Shown: piece after piece, positions 8,726 to 18,339 of the stretch
Numbering within the stretch: the first letter of the stretch is position 1
Layout: each line of letters begins with the position of its first letter
NCBI GenBank assembly: GCA_032128375.1
Contig: JAQBGU010000097.1
Span: 1 to 35,325 of the forward strand
Direction: 5' to 3'
DNA from: Deltaproteobacteria bacterium
GTDB taxonomy: Bacteria > Myxococcota_A > UBA9160 > SMWR01
DNA: 35,325 nt
Notes under the pieces: generated by a model
Databases searched by the model: none
Told to the model about the DNA's origin: nothing
What the model saw: only the letters and a program-made list of their open reading frames with translations
Made by a program: the position numbers and the translations under genes

Positions 8726-10519
8726 ATGCCCGGCGCGCCTCAGATCGAGCGAATTCAAAAGAGCGCCTTGTTCTGGCTTTTCGCCGCGATGGTCGCGTGT
8801 CCGACTGCTGCGCCGCGGGCATCCGACAATGAGCCAGCCCTCAAAGCCGGATCGACGACAGGTGACCATGCGCACGCGGCTGTTTTTGATGAGGCAGTTT
8901 TCCCCTCGGCGCAGGCATGCGGCGTCTGTCACACGGAGCACTATCGCGAATGGTCCGTTTCTCCCCACGCCTACGCACAGATCAGCCCGACGTTCAACGC
9001 CTACCACGCCACACTCGGCGTACTGACCAACGGCACCCTGGGAGACTTCTGCGAGCGTTGCCACACACAGGTCGGAATGACCGCGGCCGAGCCGGTGATA
9101 ACGCCCAACTCCAATCGCAGTGACGTCGCACGGGAAGGTGTGACCTGCGTTGTTTGCCACAGGGTCTCCGAAGCATATGGAAAGATCAGCGGACGCCTGC
9201 CGCTCGAAGCTGGAGACATCGAGAGCCCCATTTATGGTCCGCGACCGGACGACGAGCTGCGCCGTGTACTCACGAGCCCGGACGAGTTCGAGGGATTCTC
9301 CCCGGAGACCGGGACGCGCCAGCGAAAGATTCACCGCCAGGCCCGCATGCTCGAGCAGTTGTCCCACCCGGGCTTCTGTGGGCGTTGCCACGACGTGCGC
9401 CTCCCGAGCGGCTTTCGATTGGAGGACGCTCTCAGCGAGTACAAGCAGACCGATGCCGCGAAGCGCGGCGAGTCCTGCCAAGCCTGCCACATGGGACCGG
9501 TCCCAGGTGTGCCCTCGGAGTATCCACCGGCTCCCGCGGCGGTGGTCGGTGGCGCCAAGACTCGGCCGGCTCGTCGAACCAATCACATGTTCGTCGGGCC
9601 GGATGATCCGCTCGTGCACCCGGGGATCTTCCCTCACGACGCCGAAGCGGCCGAATACGTAACACCCCTCGAATGGGTGAGTTTCGACTACCAGGCCGGC
9701 TGGGGAACCGATGAGTTCGAGGCAACTGAGCCCGGCCCTGCGGAATTCCCAGAGTTATGGGCCGATCCGGATGAGCGTTCCTACGCCCGCGCGATCATCG
9801 ATCGGCAGCTCGCGCTGCGGGCCGAGGCGCATGAGCGCGGAACCACCCTGCTCCGCAACGGTTACGGCCTCGGCGAGATCCAGAACCTCCAGGCGCGAGA
9901 CGGACTGAAATTCGCGATCGAGGTACGCAATGAGACGTACGGACATAGCGTACCCACCGGCCTGATCGCGGAGCGCAACGTATTCCTGCAGGTCAGCGTG
10001 CACGATGCCGAGGGAGCCGTGGTCTTCCGGTCCGGAGACCTGGATCCGAACGGAGACGTCCGGGACATGCATTCCCTCTACGTGCATTCCGGCGTCGTGC
10101 CACGCGACAAGCAGCTGTTCAATCTGCGTTCGCCGTTCATGATTCGCCTCGCGCACGGCGGTGAGCGTGAGCAGGTCCTACCGGCCAACTACTCGTTCGA
10201 TCCCCTGGTTTTCATCCGGCCGTCGACAACACCCTCGGTGCTGTTCGGAGGCGTTCGGGGTGCCAGGCTGCAGAAACGAAACATCGAGGCGCTCGGGCAC
10301 CGCTGGGCACGCTACACCGTAGAGACCGAAGAGCTCACGGGCAAAGCCCCCTACACCGTCAGAGTCGCCCTGGTCGCCGGCCAGCTCCCGCCACACTTGA
10401 TTCACGCGATCTCGGGGGTTGGCTTCGAGTATGGATTGAGCGCACGCACGCTGTCCGAGGCCATCGTCGCCGGATACCGCGTGCTATGGGAGCGGAGCGT
10501 CGTGCTCGATGCGAAATAA
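8726..10519 (+). CDS. Pentaheme c-type cytochrome (c554/c552-like N-terminal motif) with long heme-free C-terminal region
   Basis: CGVCH, CERCH, CVVCH, CGRCH, CQACH, plus the HYREWSVSPHA motif. Signal-like segment after ATG 8726; start uncertain (ORF opens at 8636). Confidence 0.87.
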   Translation: MPGAPQIERIQKSALFWLFAAMVACPTAAPRASDNEPALKAGSTTGDHAHAAVFDEAVFPSAQACGVCHTEHYREWSVSPHAYAQISPTFNAYHATLGVLTNGTLGDFCERCHTQVGMTAAEPVITPNSNRSDVAREGVTCVVCHRVSEAYGKISGRLPLEAGDIESPIYGPRPDDELRRVLTSPDEFEGFSPETGTRQRKIHRQARMLEQLSHPGFCGRCHDVRLPSGFRLEDALSEYKQTDAAKRGESCQACHMGPVPGVPSEYPPAPAAVVGGAKTRPARRTNHMFVGPDDPLVHPGIFPHDAEAAEYVTPLEWVSFDYQAGWGTDEFEATEPGPAEFPELWADPDERSYARAIIDRQLALRAEAHERGTTLLRNGYGLGEIQNLQARDGLKFAIEVRNETYGHSVPTGLIAERNVFLQVSVHDAEGAVVFRSGDLDPNGDVRDMHSLYVHSGVVPRDKQLFNLRSPFMIRLAHGGEREQVLPANYSFDPLVFIRPSTTPSVLFGGVRGARLQKRNIEALGHRWARYTVETEELTGKAPYTVRVALVAGQLPPHLIHAISGVGFEYGLSARTLSEAIVAGYRVLWERSVVLDAK

Positions 10520-12068
10520 CACTGAGCAAGCCTCAACAGGGCGCGCCGCGAGGGGTGTGGTGACACATGCAGCACGCCGCGCCGTCGGACCGGTCGCCCG
10601 ATGGCGGGCGCTCGCATGGGCGGTCGCAAGGGCGGTCGCAATCCTCGCCCTGGCTGCGATTCCTGCCGGCGGAACAGAAGCAGACGCGGACAGCGCCGAT
10701 CGCGAGAGGACGAGCGTGCCCCAGGGCCGGGGGGCGGTCGAATTCTTCGAGCTGAAGACTCTGGACACCGAGGGCGACGCCCCGCTGCTTTCCGACGAAG
10801 CAGTCCCCTACCCGGCGACCGCGGCTGAGCGCCCACGGCCCCTGCTCGAGATCGGGAATCGCTTCCTCGGACGCGGCCCGATCCGACGCGGAATCAAGAC
10901 GCCTGCCGGTCAGATGTTGCAACCCTGGCTCCTGCTCTTTGGCGAGATGCGAACGGCGCTGCAAGTGTACGAAGACGGCGACCGCACGACGTCCGAATGG
11001 GCCAACCGCATCGAGCTGAACGCCAACCTCAACCTCTCAGGAACCGAGCGCGTGGTCGCCACACTGCGACCGATCGATCGAGAAAACGGAAAATTCACCG
11101 GTTACAGCATTGGGCCCAGTGGGGACCGCGGCTGGATGGAGGAGTTCAACGCGAAACTGGAACACCTGTTCTTCGAGGGTGACTTCGGCCAGATTTTTCG
11201 CGCACTGGATCCGGCCGACAGGCTCACATTGGACTACGGATTTGCCGTCGGTCGCCAGCCGTTGAGTGTTCAGGATGGCGTATTGGTGAGCGATATCGTC
11301 GATGCGGTCGGCGTGACCCGCAACTCACTCACGCTCGAGGGCGTGCCGAATCTTCGCATCACCGGGATCTTCGGATGGAACGGCGTCAACCGCGCCGACA
11401 ACTTCGACGAGAGCTCGGCGCGCCTGTTCGGTCTGCTGTCTCGAGCGGACACGGCATGGGACACCACCACGTCCGCCGATCTGCTGTTCGTCCTCGATAC
11501 CCACGGAGAAACGAGCGGCTGGTACCTCGGCGTCGGTACTACCCAACGCTTGGGATCGATCAACACGACGTTCCGCGTCGCCGGATCGATTCCCATGAAG
11601 GAATCCTCGGGCGAGGTGAGCGGCGGCGCGCTGCTCATGGCCGAGCTGTCACGAACGCTGCCGAACTCGGACGATGTCGTCTATCTGAACAGCTTCTGGA
11701 GTATCGGCAAATTCTCCTCGGCGGCTCGAGGTCGGGACCAAGGCACCCCCGTGTCCGGGCTGGGGATCCTGTGGGGTCCGGTCGGAATGGGCCGCTATGG
11801 GGTACCCCTGGGCCAGTCCATCGACAATACCGCCGGCGCCGCGCTGGGCTTCCAGGGCTTCCACTCTGGCATCCGAGGCCAGCTCACACTCGAAGTCGGC
11901 GCGAGGATCCGCACGACCCGAGGCGACGAGGGCGTGTTCGGAGTCGGCGCCCGTTACCAGCGAGCCTTCGGCCAACACGGGCTGATGCGCCTCGATGGCT
12001 CTGTTGCGGTCCAGCATGGCAACGGTCCGTCGTATGGCGCCCGTTTGGAGTGGATCTTCCGGCTCTAG
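10509..12068 (+). CDS. Probable outer-membrane beta-barrel protein of unknown function
   Basis: Signal-like Ala-rich hydrophobic segment, many alternating-polarity Gly/aromatic strands, C-terminus YGARLEWIFRL, no CxxCH. ORF overlaps the stop of the pentaheme gene; exact start uncertain. Confidence 0.62.
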   Translation: MRNNTEQASTGRAARGVVTHAARRAVGPVARWRALAWAVARAVAILALAAIPAGGTEADADSADRERTSVPQGRGAVEFFELKTLDTEGDAPLLSDEAVPYPATAAERPRPLLEIGNRFLGRGPIRRGIKTPAGQMLQPWLLLFGEMRTALQVYEDGDRTTSEWANRIELNANLNLSGTERVVATLRPIDRENGKFTGYSIGPSGDRGWMEEFNAKLEHLFFEGDFGQIFRALDPADRLTLDYGFAVGRQPLSVQDGVLVSDIVDAVGVTRNSLTLEGVPNLRITGIFGWNGVNRADNFDESSARLFGLLSRADTAWDTTTSADLLFVLDTHGETSGWYLGVGTTQRLGSINTTFRVAGSIPMKESSGEVSGGALLMAELSRTLPNSDDVVYLNSFWSIGKFSSAARGRDQGTPVSGLGILWGPVGMGRYGVPLGQSIDNTAGAALGFQGFHSGIRGQLTLEVGARIRTTRGDEGVFGVGARYQRAFGQHGLMRLDGSVAVQHGNGPSYGARLEWIFRL

Positions 12069-12230
12069 TGAGCGACTGATAGGGAGTCGCGGTCTACAGT
12101 CGGATCGTCCAGGCTGGCTGAACGTCACGAATCGTCGATTCGGTGTAGAAATGTCGCGCTCGGCAGCAGCCAAGGGTCAGCAGGCGGGTGCTGGCTCAAG
12201 TGGTTGTGTATGCGTTCCGAGAATGTGTAA

Positions 12231-13711
12231 ATGGGGATTGCGTCGGTCCAGGCCTTGCTGTGTTCGATGATCGCGTTGTCGGCCGCAGCGATCCACGCCT
12301 TCACCTATGCGTTGCGCCGCAAGGAGCCTGCGCATTTCTGGCTCGCCACCAGCGCGCTCGGAATCGTTGCGATCGCAATCTCGACCGCACTGCTCTACGA
12401 GGCCCGCAACGTCGCGGATGCTGAACTGTGGCAACGGGTAATGCTAGGCGCGGCGGCGCCCACGTTTTTCGGCTTTCACTATTTCTCATTGAGTCTGCTC
12501 GACGTCGAAGTACAAGACTCGATCGTTGCTTCGGGTTCGTCGCCGGCGCCATGGTCATTCAGATGTTGTGGCCCGGGCTCGTGTTCGGCGGGGCCGCGAT
12601 CGAGCGCAACGTCGATTACCTGGGCTTACACTATTATGCGCGAGACCTGGGTCCGTTTGGCTTCGCAACGGTTGCGGTCTTCGGCGCATACATCACTTTC
12701 GTGGTCAGAATCTGGTTCGTACACCGCAGAAAGATCAGCGAGGGCAGCAATCTGCGGATCGCGGCGTTTTCGCTCTTGCTGCTGGCCGGGATCAGCGACA
12801 TGGCCGTGGGATTGCGGTTTTACGAGGCGCCTTTGCTGATCGTATTCGGATACACCGGCTTTCTCGTTGCGCTCTCATCGATTCTGCTGCGACGACTCGT
12901 CCACTCGATGGACGAAGTGGAGCGCAGCGCAGTGGAGCTTTACGACCTCGTCGCACAACGTACCGAGGAGCTGCGGCAGAAGGATTTGCAGCTCGCGCAC
13001 GGCGAGCGCATGGCAACCATCGGAACGCTCGCTGCCAGCGTGGCTCATGAGATCAACAACCCGATCGCGTTCGTCTCGTCGAACCTGAATCACCTCGAGC
13101 GCATCACCAAAGAAATCGAACTCACAGAAGTCTCAGAGATCATCTTCGAGTGCCGCGAGGGGGTCGACAGGGTACGCGGCATCGTCGCCGACCTGCTCTC
13201 GATGGCGCGGCGCAGCGACGGGTTCGAAGAGCCAGTCGACCTCGTCGAGGTAGTTCGCTCTGCACTCGGGATGCTCGCGAACGAGGCGCGCTATCGCACT
13301 CGGCTCGAGACTCAGCTCGCAGCCGTGCCGCACGTACTGGGCGATGCGCGACTTCTCGGTCAGGTGGTCGTCAATCTGGTTCTGAACGCGATCCAGGCGA
13401 TACCCGAAGGCGACCCCGAATCGAATCAGGTTACGGTGTCGACGTCGAACGAGAACGGCTCGGTTCAGCTGGTCGTGCGTGATACCGGACCGGGCATTCC
13501 GAAGGGCCTCGTACCTCGCATCTTCGACCCGTTCTTTACGACCAAGCCGAGGGACAAAGGCACTGGCCTCGGGCTCGCGGTTACCCACCAGCTGGTGACG
13601 CGCTACCGCGGCTCGATCACTGTCGACACCAATTCTTGCGGAACCACGATCGTTGTCGAGTTGCCGAGCGCCCCGGCGCCGACCGGCACAGCGGACAAGC
13701 CCGCGAGCTGA
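12231..13711 (+). pseudogene. Membrane sensor histidine kinase (HisKA_7TM-like N-terminus) interrupted by a one-base frameshift (or sequencing error)
   Basis: ORF 12231 gives three TM helices up to ...SLLDVE. ORF 12428 continues with RLDRCFGF... TM helices, H-box AHEINNP, N-box NLVLNAIQA, DTGPGI, FDPFFTTK and GTGLGL. The switch lies at about 12500-12520. Confidence 0.8.
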
Positions 13712-13732
13712 GTTTATCCGAGAAGTCGACGC

Positions 13733-14302
13733 TCAGTCCGACTTGTCGCTCTTGTCAGCTTGGCCCTCGATCATCGATACATCGAACGCAAGCGTTTCCC
13801 CGGACGAGTCGACCGGTGCCTGGTCTGCTGCCTCTTCTGTTTCGGCTACGTCTGTTTCGGCTACGTCTGTTTCGGCCAGGTCGGGTTCAACCTGCGTCAC
13901 GGCAGGAGCAATGCCCGCCTTGATATCTGATTCCTCTTCCGAAATCAGGCCCGACAGGTCCCGGACCTTCGAGCGCAAGCGGGCCTTTTTGCCCGAGAGG
14001 TCTCGCAGGTAGTACAGCCGAGAGCGTCGTACGTGACCGCGCTGCTTGATTTCGACTTTGGTGACCGACGGCGACTCGGTAGGAAATACCCGTTCGACAC
14101 CGACGCCATAGGAGATCTTGCGCACGGTGAACGTGGCGGCCGAACCGCCTCGTTTGCGCCTGATGCAAACCCCTTCGAAGATCTGGATCCGTTCCTTCTC
14201 ACCTTCGCGGATGCGCACGTGAACGCGAACGGTGTCACCGCTTCTAAACGGCGGTAGATCGCGACGGAATCCCCCGGGATGGGCGATGTCGATACTTCTC
14301 AT
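13733..14302 (-). CDS. rplS: 50S ribosomal protein L19 with acidic C-terminal extension
   Basis: [53 protein letters not shown]. Confidence 0.97.
   Translation of the reverse strand: MRSIDIAHPGGFRRDLPPFRSGDTVRVHVRIREGEKERIQIFEGVCIRRKRGGSAATFTVRKISYGVGVERVFPTESPSVTKVEIKQRGHVRRSRLYYLRDLSGKKARLRSKVRDLSGLISEEESDIKAGIAPAVTQVEPDLAETDVAETDVAETEEAADQAPVDSSGETLAFDVSMIEGQADKSDKSD
13836..13876. repeat. 15-bp tandem repeat (about 2.7 copies) encoding [14 protein letters not shown] in the L19 tail
   Basis: TCTGTTTCGGCTACG twice plus TCTGTTTCGGC. Confidence 0.9.
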
Positions 14303-15009
14303 GACTGTGTTTCTCCTTCCGGCGGCCGGAACAAGTCAGGGCGGCGCAGCCGGGTGTATTCCAATGATTGCTCGGACCGCCAGCGCCTGACGGCACCGTG
14401 GTCCCCCGATCGGAGCACCTCCGGAACGCCGTGGCCGCGGAATTCGGCGGGGCGAGTGTACTGCGGTCCTTCGAGAGTGGGACCCTGAAACGACTCATTC
14501 TGCACAGATTCCGGATTTCCCAGTACGCCCGGTAACAAGCGAGCCACCCCCTCGACCAGCACCATGGCCGGCACCTCACCGCCGGATAGCACGTAATCAC
14601 CGATCGAGAGCTCGTCATCCACCGCCAGATCGATCGCCCGTTGGTCGACTCCCTCATAGCGCCCGCAGACCAGCACCAATCGCTGCTCCAACGACAGCGC
14701 CGCGAGACGGCTCTGATCGAGTTTTTCCCCCTGGGGTGTCAACATCACCACTCTGGCTCTCCGACTGGGGCCTTTCGGGCCCGCCAAGGCCTCGATCGCG
14801 GCAACCAACGGTTCCGGTTTCATCACCATGCCAGCCCCGCCGCCAAACGGGGAATCGTCCACTGTGCGGTGCCGGTCGGTCGTGTAGCGGCGCAAATCGT
14901 GGATTTCGACCGCGAGCTGCGAACCGCGAATTGCGATCCCGACGATCGACTCGCCGATGAACGGGTCGAAAAGCCCAGGAAAGATCGTAATCACATCGAT
15001 CCGGAGCAT
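14299..15009 (-). CDS. trmD: tRNA (guanine37-N1)-methyltransferase
   Basis: [57 protein letters not shown]. Confidence 0.97.
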   Translation of the reverse strand: MLRIDVITIFPGLFDPFIGESIVGIAIRGSQLAVEIHDLRRYTTDRHRTVDDSPFGGGAGMVMKPEPLVAAIEALAGPKGPSRRARVVMLTPQGEKLDQSRLAALSLEQRLVLVCGRYEGVDQRAIDLAVDDELSIGDYVLSGGEVPAMVLVEGVARLLPGVLGNPESVQNESFQGPTLEGPQYTRPAEFRGHGVPEVLRSGDHGAVRRWRSEQSLEYTRLRRPDLFRPPEGETQS

Positions 15010-15019
15010 GCGAGCCTCA

Positions 15020-15613
15020 CTACGAGTTGTCGCCGAGCAGCCCCGGTACGAGCTCCACTACGATGCGACGGCCTTCGATATCCACTTCCCGCAGCAGACC
15101 CTCTGCCGCGGGAATTAGATGTTGCTTGCCGCGGTCGTCGGCGACCACGAGCACGTCAGGCGCTCCGGTCGACCAAATCTCGATCACGGTACCGATCCAA
15201 TCGCCAGCCTCCGTTTCCACATGGCAGCCGACGAGCTGATAGCTGTAGTACTCACCCTCCTCGAGGGCGCCGAGGCAATCCGCAGCGACGCATACCAGGC
15301 GTCCTCTGAGCCGGTCGGCGGCCGTCCGGTCTTCCACCCCTGCCAGCGTGATTCGCACTTCTCCTTTTCGCCCCGAGAACACCCGGACGACTTCGAATGA
15401 TTCCGGTGCCGGATCGTCGTCGCTCAGTGCGAGAAGCAACGTCGGACTCTGCAGCAGATGGTCGGGGTCACCTCCAAAGGTCCGGACGCTCAGATTACCA
15501 CGCAGACCATGCGCGCCGGAAACTCGGCCCACCGCGACGCGTTCCAACGCCCGCGCAGTCTCGCGCTGCGCCGGTCGATCAGTCGACGATGTCGAGTCGG
15601 ACGTCGCCGCCAT
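15020..15613 (-). CDS. rimM: Ribosome maturation factor RimM
   Basis: VGRVSGAHGLRG, LEEGEYYSYQLVGC, DVLVV, LIP motifs, and conserved position in the rpsP-trmD operon. Start uncertain. Confidence 0.93.
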   Translation of the reverse strand: MAATSDSTSSTDRPAQRETARALERVAVGRVSGAHGLRGNLSVRTFGGDPDHLLQSPTLLLALSDDDPAPESFEVVRVFSGRKGEVRITLAGVEDRTAADRLRGRLVCVAADCLGALEEGEYYSYQLVGCHVETEAGDWIGTVIEIWSTGAPDVLVVADDRGKQHLIPAAEGLLREVDIEGRRIVVELVPGLLGDNS

Positions 15614-15815
15614 CGCGAGAGGCTCCCAACACGGCCCGCATGGCCTTTGCAACACGACCCTGGCGACCGATCACGCGGCCGCGATCCTCCGGGTCGGTCT
15701 CGAGCTGGAGCGTGCGGCCGTCGTCCACTTCGGTGACGGACACGGCATCTGGATTGTTGACCATGCCCTTGGCGAGGAATTCGACGAGGTCCGCCGGCGT
15801 GTACTCGGCAGCCAT
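15579..15815 (-). CDS. khpA: KH-domain RNA-binding protein
   Basis: LVEFLAKGMVNNPDAVSV, DRGRVIGRQGR (GxxG loop), located between rpsP and rimM. Confidence 0.9.
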   Translation of the reverse strand: MAAEYTPADLVEFLAKGMVNNPDAVSVTEVDDGRTLQLETDPEDRGRVIGRQGRVAKAMRAVLGASRDGGDVRLDIVD

Positions 15816-16072
15816 CAGATCGCCGACGCGGCCGCGCGCTTGGCCGCGCGCTTCATCAGAGTGCGCACAGTGGGCGACATCTGAGCGCCTTTTGCGATCC
15901 AGGCTTCGAGTTGCTCGACCTGGATGTCGACCCGCTCCGGATTCGGCTTCGGATCGTAGGTGCCGAGAAACTCCAGCGGCCGACCGTCGCGCTGCTTGCG
16001 CTCGTCGATCGCAACAATTCGATAGTAGGGCCGCTTCTTTGCACCCCTCCGCGTGAGGCGAATCTTGACCAT
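15815..16072 (-). CDS. rpsP: 30S ribosomal protein S16
   Basis: [49 protein letters not shown]. Confidence 0.97.
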   Translation of the reverse strand: MVKIRLTRRGAKKRPYYRIVAIDERKQRDGRPLEFLGTYDPKPNPERVDIQVEQLEAWIAKGAQMSPTVRTLMKRAAKRAAASAI

Positions 16073-16281
16073 CGCTTGCCGCTTTCCTTTGCGCTTCTGC
16101 GCTTCTGCGCCCGTGGGCGCCACGAGAACGCTGTCATCTGGCTTGGTTTCGTTTGGCTCTAGCTCGATCGGTTGGGGAAACTGGTGCGGCGGCGAGAGCC
16201 TCGTCGTGCTGGCACGCCGGCCGCGTAGGCTAGATCACGCGCCCGCGGGGGTCAACTGGCCGTCCCCCCCGATCCGCTCCT

Positions 16282-16536
16282 CTATCGGTTCGCCGTTGCC
16301 ATCCCGAGTCGCTGCCGCTCCTTTTGGTCAGAACAGCTTTCACACGCGTATCGAACCGCGTGCCGGGTCTGAAGACGCTCGTAGTCGCCATCGAGCACGA
16401 CCCGGCGCACACGCATCACGAGGTCGCCGCAAAAATCGCAATGCAGTCTTTGCGGCCCGCAGGCGTCACCCACGGCCGTATCGGCCTGGGGCTGAGCCTC
16501 CGGGAAGGCGCGGGTAGCGGGATTGAATTCGGACAT
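16282..16536 (-). CDS. Small hypothetical protein with two CxxC pairs (possible zinc ribbon)
   Basis: CDFC and CESC pairs; co-oriented between dciA and rpsP. Start at ATG 16536 (MSEF) is a guess. Confidence 0.6.
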   Translation of the reverse strand: MSEFNPATRAFPEAQPQADTAVGDACGPQRLHCDFCGDLVMRVRRVVLDGDYERLQTRHAVRYACESCSDQKERQRLGMATANR

Positions 16537-16623
16537 CGAGCCGCGCAGTCTAGCAGGCGTCGACAACTGGGGCCTCGCTCAAGCCGGCTGAGCCGACGCG
16601 AAAGAAAAATGAAGAAATTCGAC

Positions 16624-16929
16624 CTATCGGCCCACCCGAAACCAGAGTTCCGAGGGTGCTTCGTCGCCGAAAGTCGAGCGCAGCGCCTCCAGAATCGACG
16701 GTGCCTGAAGCTGAAGTTGCTGGCACCACACGCTCGAGTCCACGCTCGCCTCGAGCACCGCTCCGCGCAGCCCGGTGGGCCGGCAATGCCGCGCGATTTC
16801 GGGTCCCACCGCGTCTTCCCAACGCTCGGCAATCCGCGCCACGCGTGCGCCAGCGGTCGCGCCCAGGTCCTCGAGCACCTGCGCGATCAACCCGCCGACG
16901 GCCTCAGGTTGGCTCTTTCGGCCTTTCAA
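16624..16929 (-). CDS. dciA: DUF721/DciA family replicative helicase loader
   Basis: WEDAVGPEIARHCRP, LEASVDSSVWCQQL, ELWFRVG pattern typical of DUF721. ATGA overlap with the upstream gene. Confidence 0.8.
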   Translation of the reverse strand: MKGRKSQPEAVGGLIAQVLEDLGATAGARVARIAERWEDAVGPEIARHCRPTGLRGAVLEASVDSSVWCQQLQLQAPSILEALRSTFGDEAPSELWFRVGR

Positions 16930-18203
16930 TCGCGATCCTCGATCGGCCGGAACACCAGGCCGGTGGGGAGCTTGGGAAAAAAGAACGTCGATTTCTGGGG
17001 CAGCACTTCGCCCGCGGACGTCACGGCGAACACATCCTCGGCCGTAAGTGGGTTGGTGTACAGCGCGACCGCACCGTGGCCCTCGCGCAGGTCATGCGCA
17101 GTTCTCAGCGCATTCTTCGGGTATTGGATCGCACCTGCCCGAACCGCGGCTTCATCGAGTTCGAATACGCCCCCAATGACGTCTCGGTGGATTACCCGGA
17201 TCGTCAGATCGTCGCCAGCTTCTCTCGGCCGACAGAAAATGCGAAGTTCACCCGACGCATCGTCTGCGGCAAACGCGTGCTGATCGGCCAACGGTGCCAG
17301 GTGCGCTTCGAGCAGCTGCGGAATCGATTCGGCTGAATCGATTTCGACCGAGCGCTGCTCCCAACCGGGAAGCCTGGCCTTCCACACCTCGGCAGCCGGC
17401 ATCTCACCGTCGACGATCAAGCGGTGAATCGGCAGTAGCAGCGTTCCGGGTGCATACAGGTTTGCAAAGTAGGCGAGAATGAACTCGAACGGAGCATCTG
17501 GGCCAGCGTCTGGGTTCAGCGCGCGCTGCTCATCGCGATACGCGAGCGCGGTTTCGTAGCGGTGATGCCCGTCCGCGATCACGACAGGGCGGGTGCGGAG
17601 CGCGTCTCGAACCGCTTGGTCGATTTCCGGGTCCTCCCAGCGTGTCAGTGTATGAACCGCGCCCGTGTCATCTTGGGCTACTCCGATCGGCTCGGTTGCA
17701 TATTGGCTCGCCACTCTGCTGGCCAGCGCGCACTCCCGGTCTTCGTACAGCATGAACACGACCGATAGGTTCGCCTGTGCCGCCTTCATCACCTTCAGTC
17801 GATCCGCCTTCGGTCCTGCCAACGTGAGCTCGTGGGGACGCACGATGCGCGCCTCGTAGTCTTCGAGATGCAGCAGTGCGAAAAAGCCGTCGCGCTCGTG
17901 CGTTGTCCCGTCGGGCGCAGAAAAGCGCTGGCGGAGTCCGTAGAAGGCGGGTCGGTCGTCGCGGGTCAGCACCCCCTCCGCGATCCAGTCGTCGAGGTAT
18001 TCCCGGATCGAGGCGTAGTCGGTCGCGGATTCGTCTTCGATCTTCTCGGTGAGCTCCAGTCGGATCGCGCTATGCGGGTCGCGATTGTAAAAGACTGTCC
18101 GGTCGTCTGCCGAGATCACATCGTACGGCGGAACAATGACACGTCCGAGATCAACTCGATTGGTGTCGTAGCGAAGCGCGCGAAAGGGTCGGACGGATGT
18201 CAC
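16926..18203 (-). CDS. DUF1015 family protein
   Basis: VRPFRALRY, PPYDVIS, PHELT, IADGHHRYETA, LPQKSTFFFPKLPTGL. AGGAG RBS precedes GTG 18203. Confidence 0.9.
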   Translation of the reverse strand: MTSVRPFRALRYDTNRVDLGRVIVPPYDVISADDRTVFYNRDPHSAIRLELTEKIEDESATDYASIREYLDDWIAEGVLTRDDRPAFYGLRQRFSAPDGTTHERDGFFALLHLEDYEARIVRPHELTLAGPKADRLKVMKAAQANLSVVFMLYEDRECALASRVASQYATEPIGVAQDDTGAVHTLTRWEDPEIDQAVRDALRTRPVVIADGHHRYETALAYRDEQRALNPDAGPDAPFEFILAYFANLYAPGTLLLPIHRLIVDGEMPAAEVWKARLPGWEQRSVEIDSAESIPQLLEAHLAPLADQHAFAADDASGELRIFCRPREAGDDLTIRVIHRDVIGGVFELDEAAVRAGAIQYPKNALRTAHDLREGHGAVALYTNPLTAEDVFAVTSAGEVLPQKSTFFFPKLPTGLVFRPIEDRD

Positions 18204-18339
18204 CGGGTTGGAATCTCCTGAGATGGCGGTCTCTTTCTGGTGTTCTGAGGTGTTCTGCGTTGTAGGAATCCGACGCTTCGTCGTGTGGTATTCGTTGTTT
18301 GACATCTGTCACCTGGCACCAGCGCAGCACGGCCAGCCC

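Noticed and set aside
12460..12530. Programmed ribosomal frameshift in the sensor kinase
   Set aside because: No X-XXY-YYZ slippery site or clear stimulatory structure at the junction.
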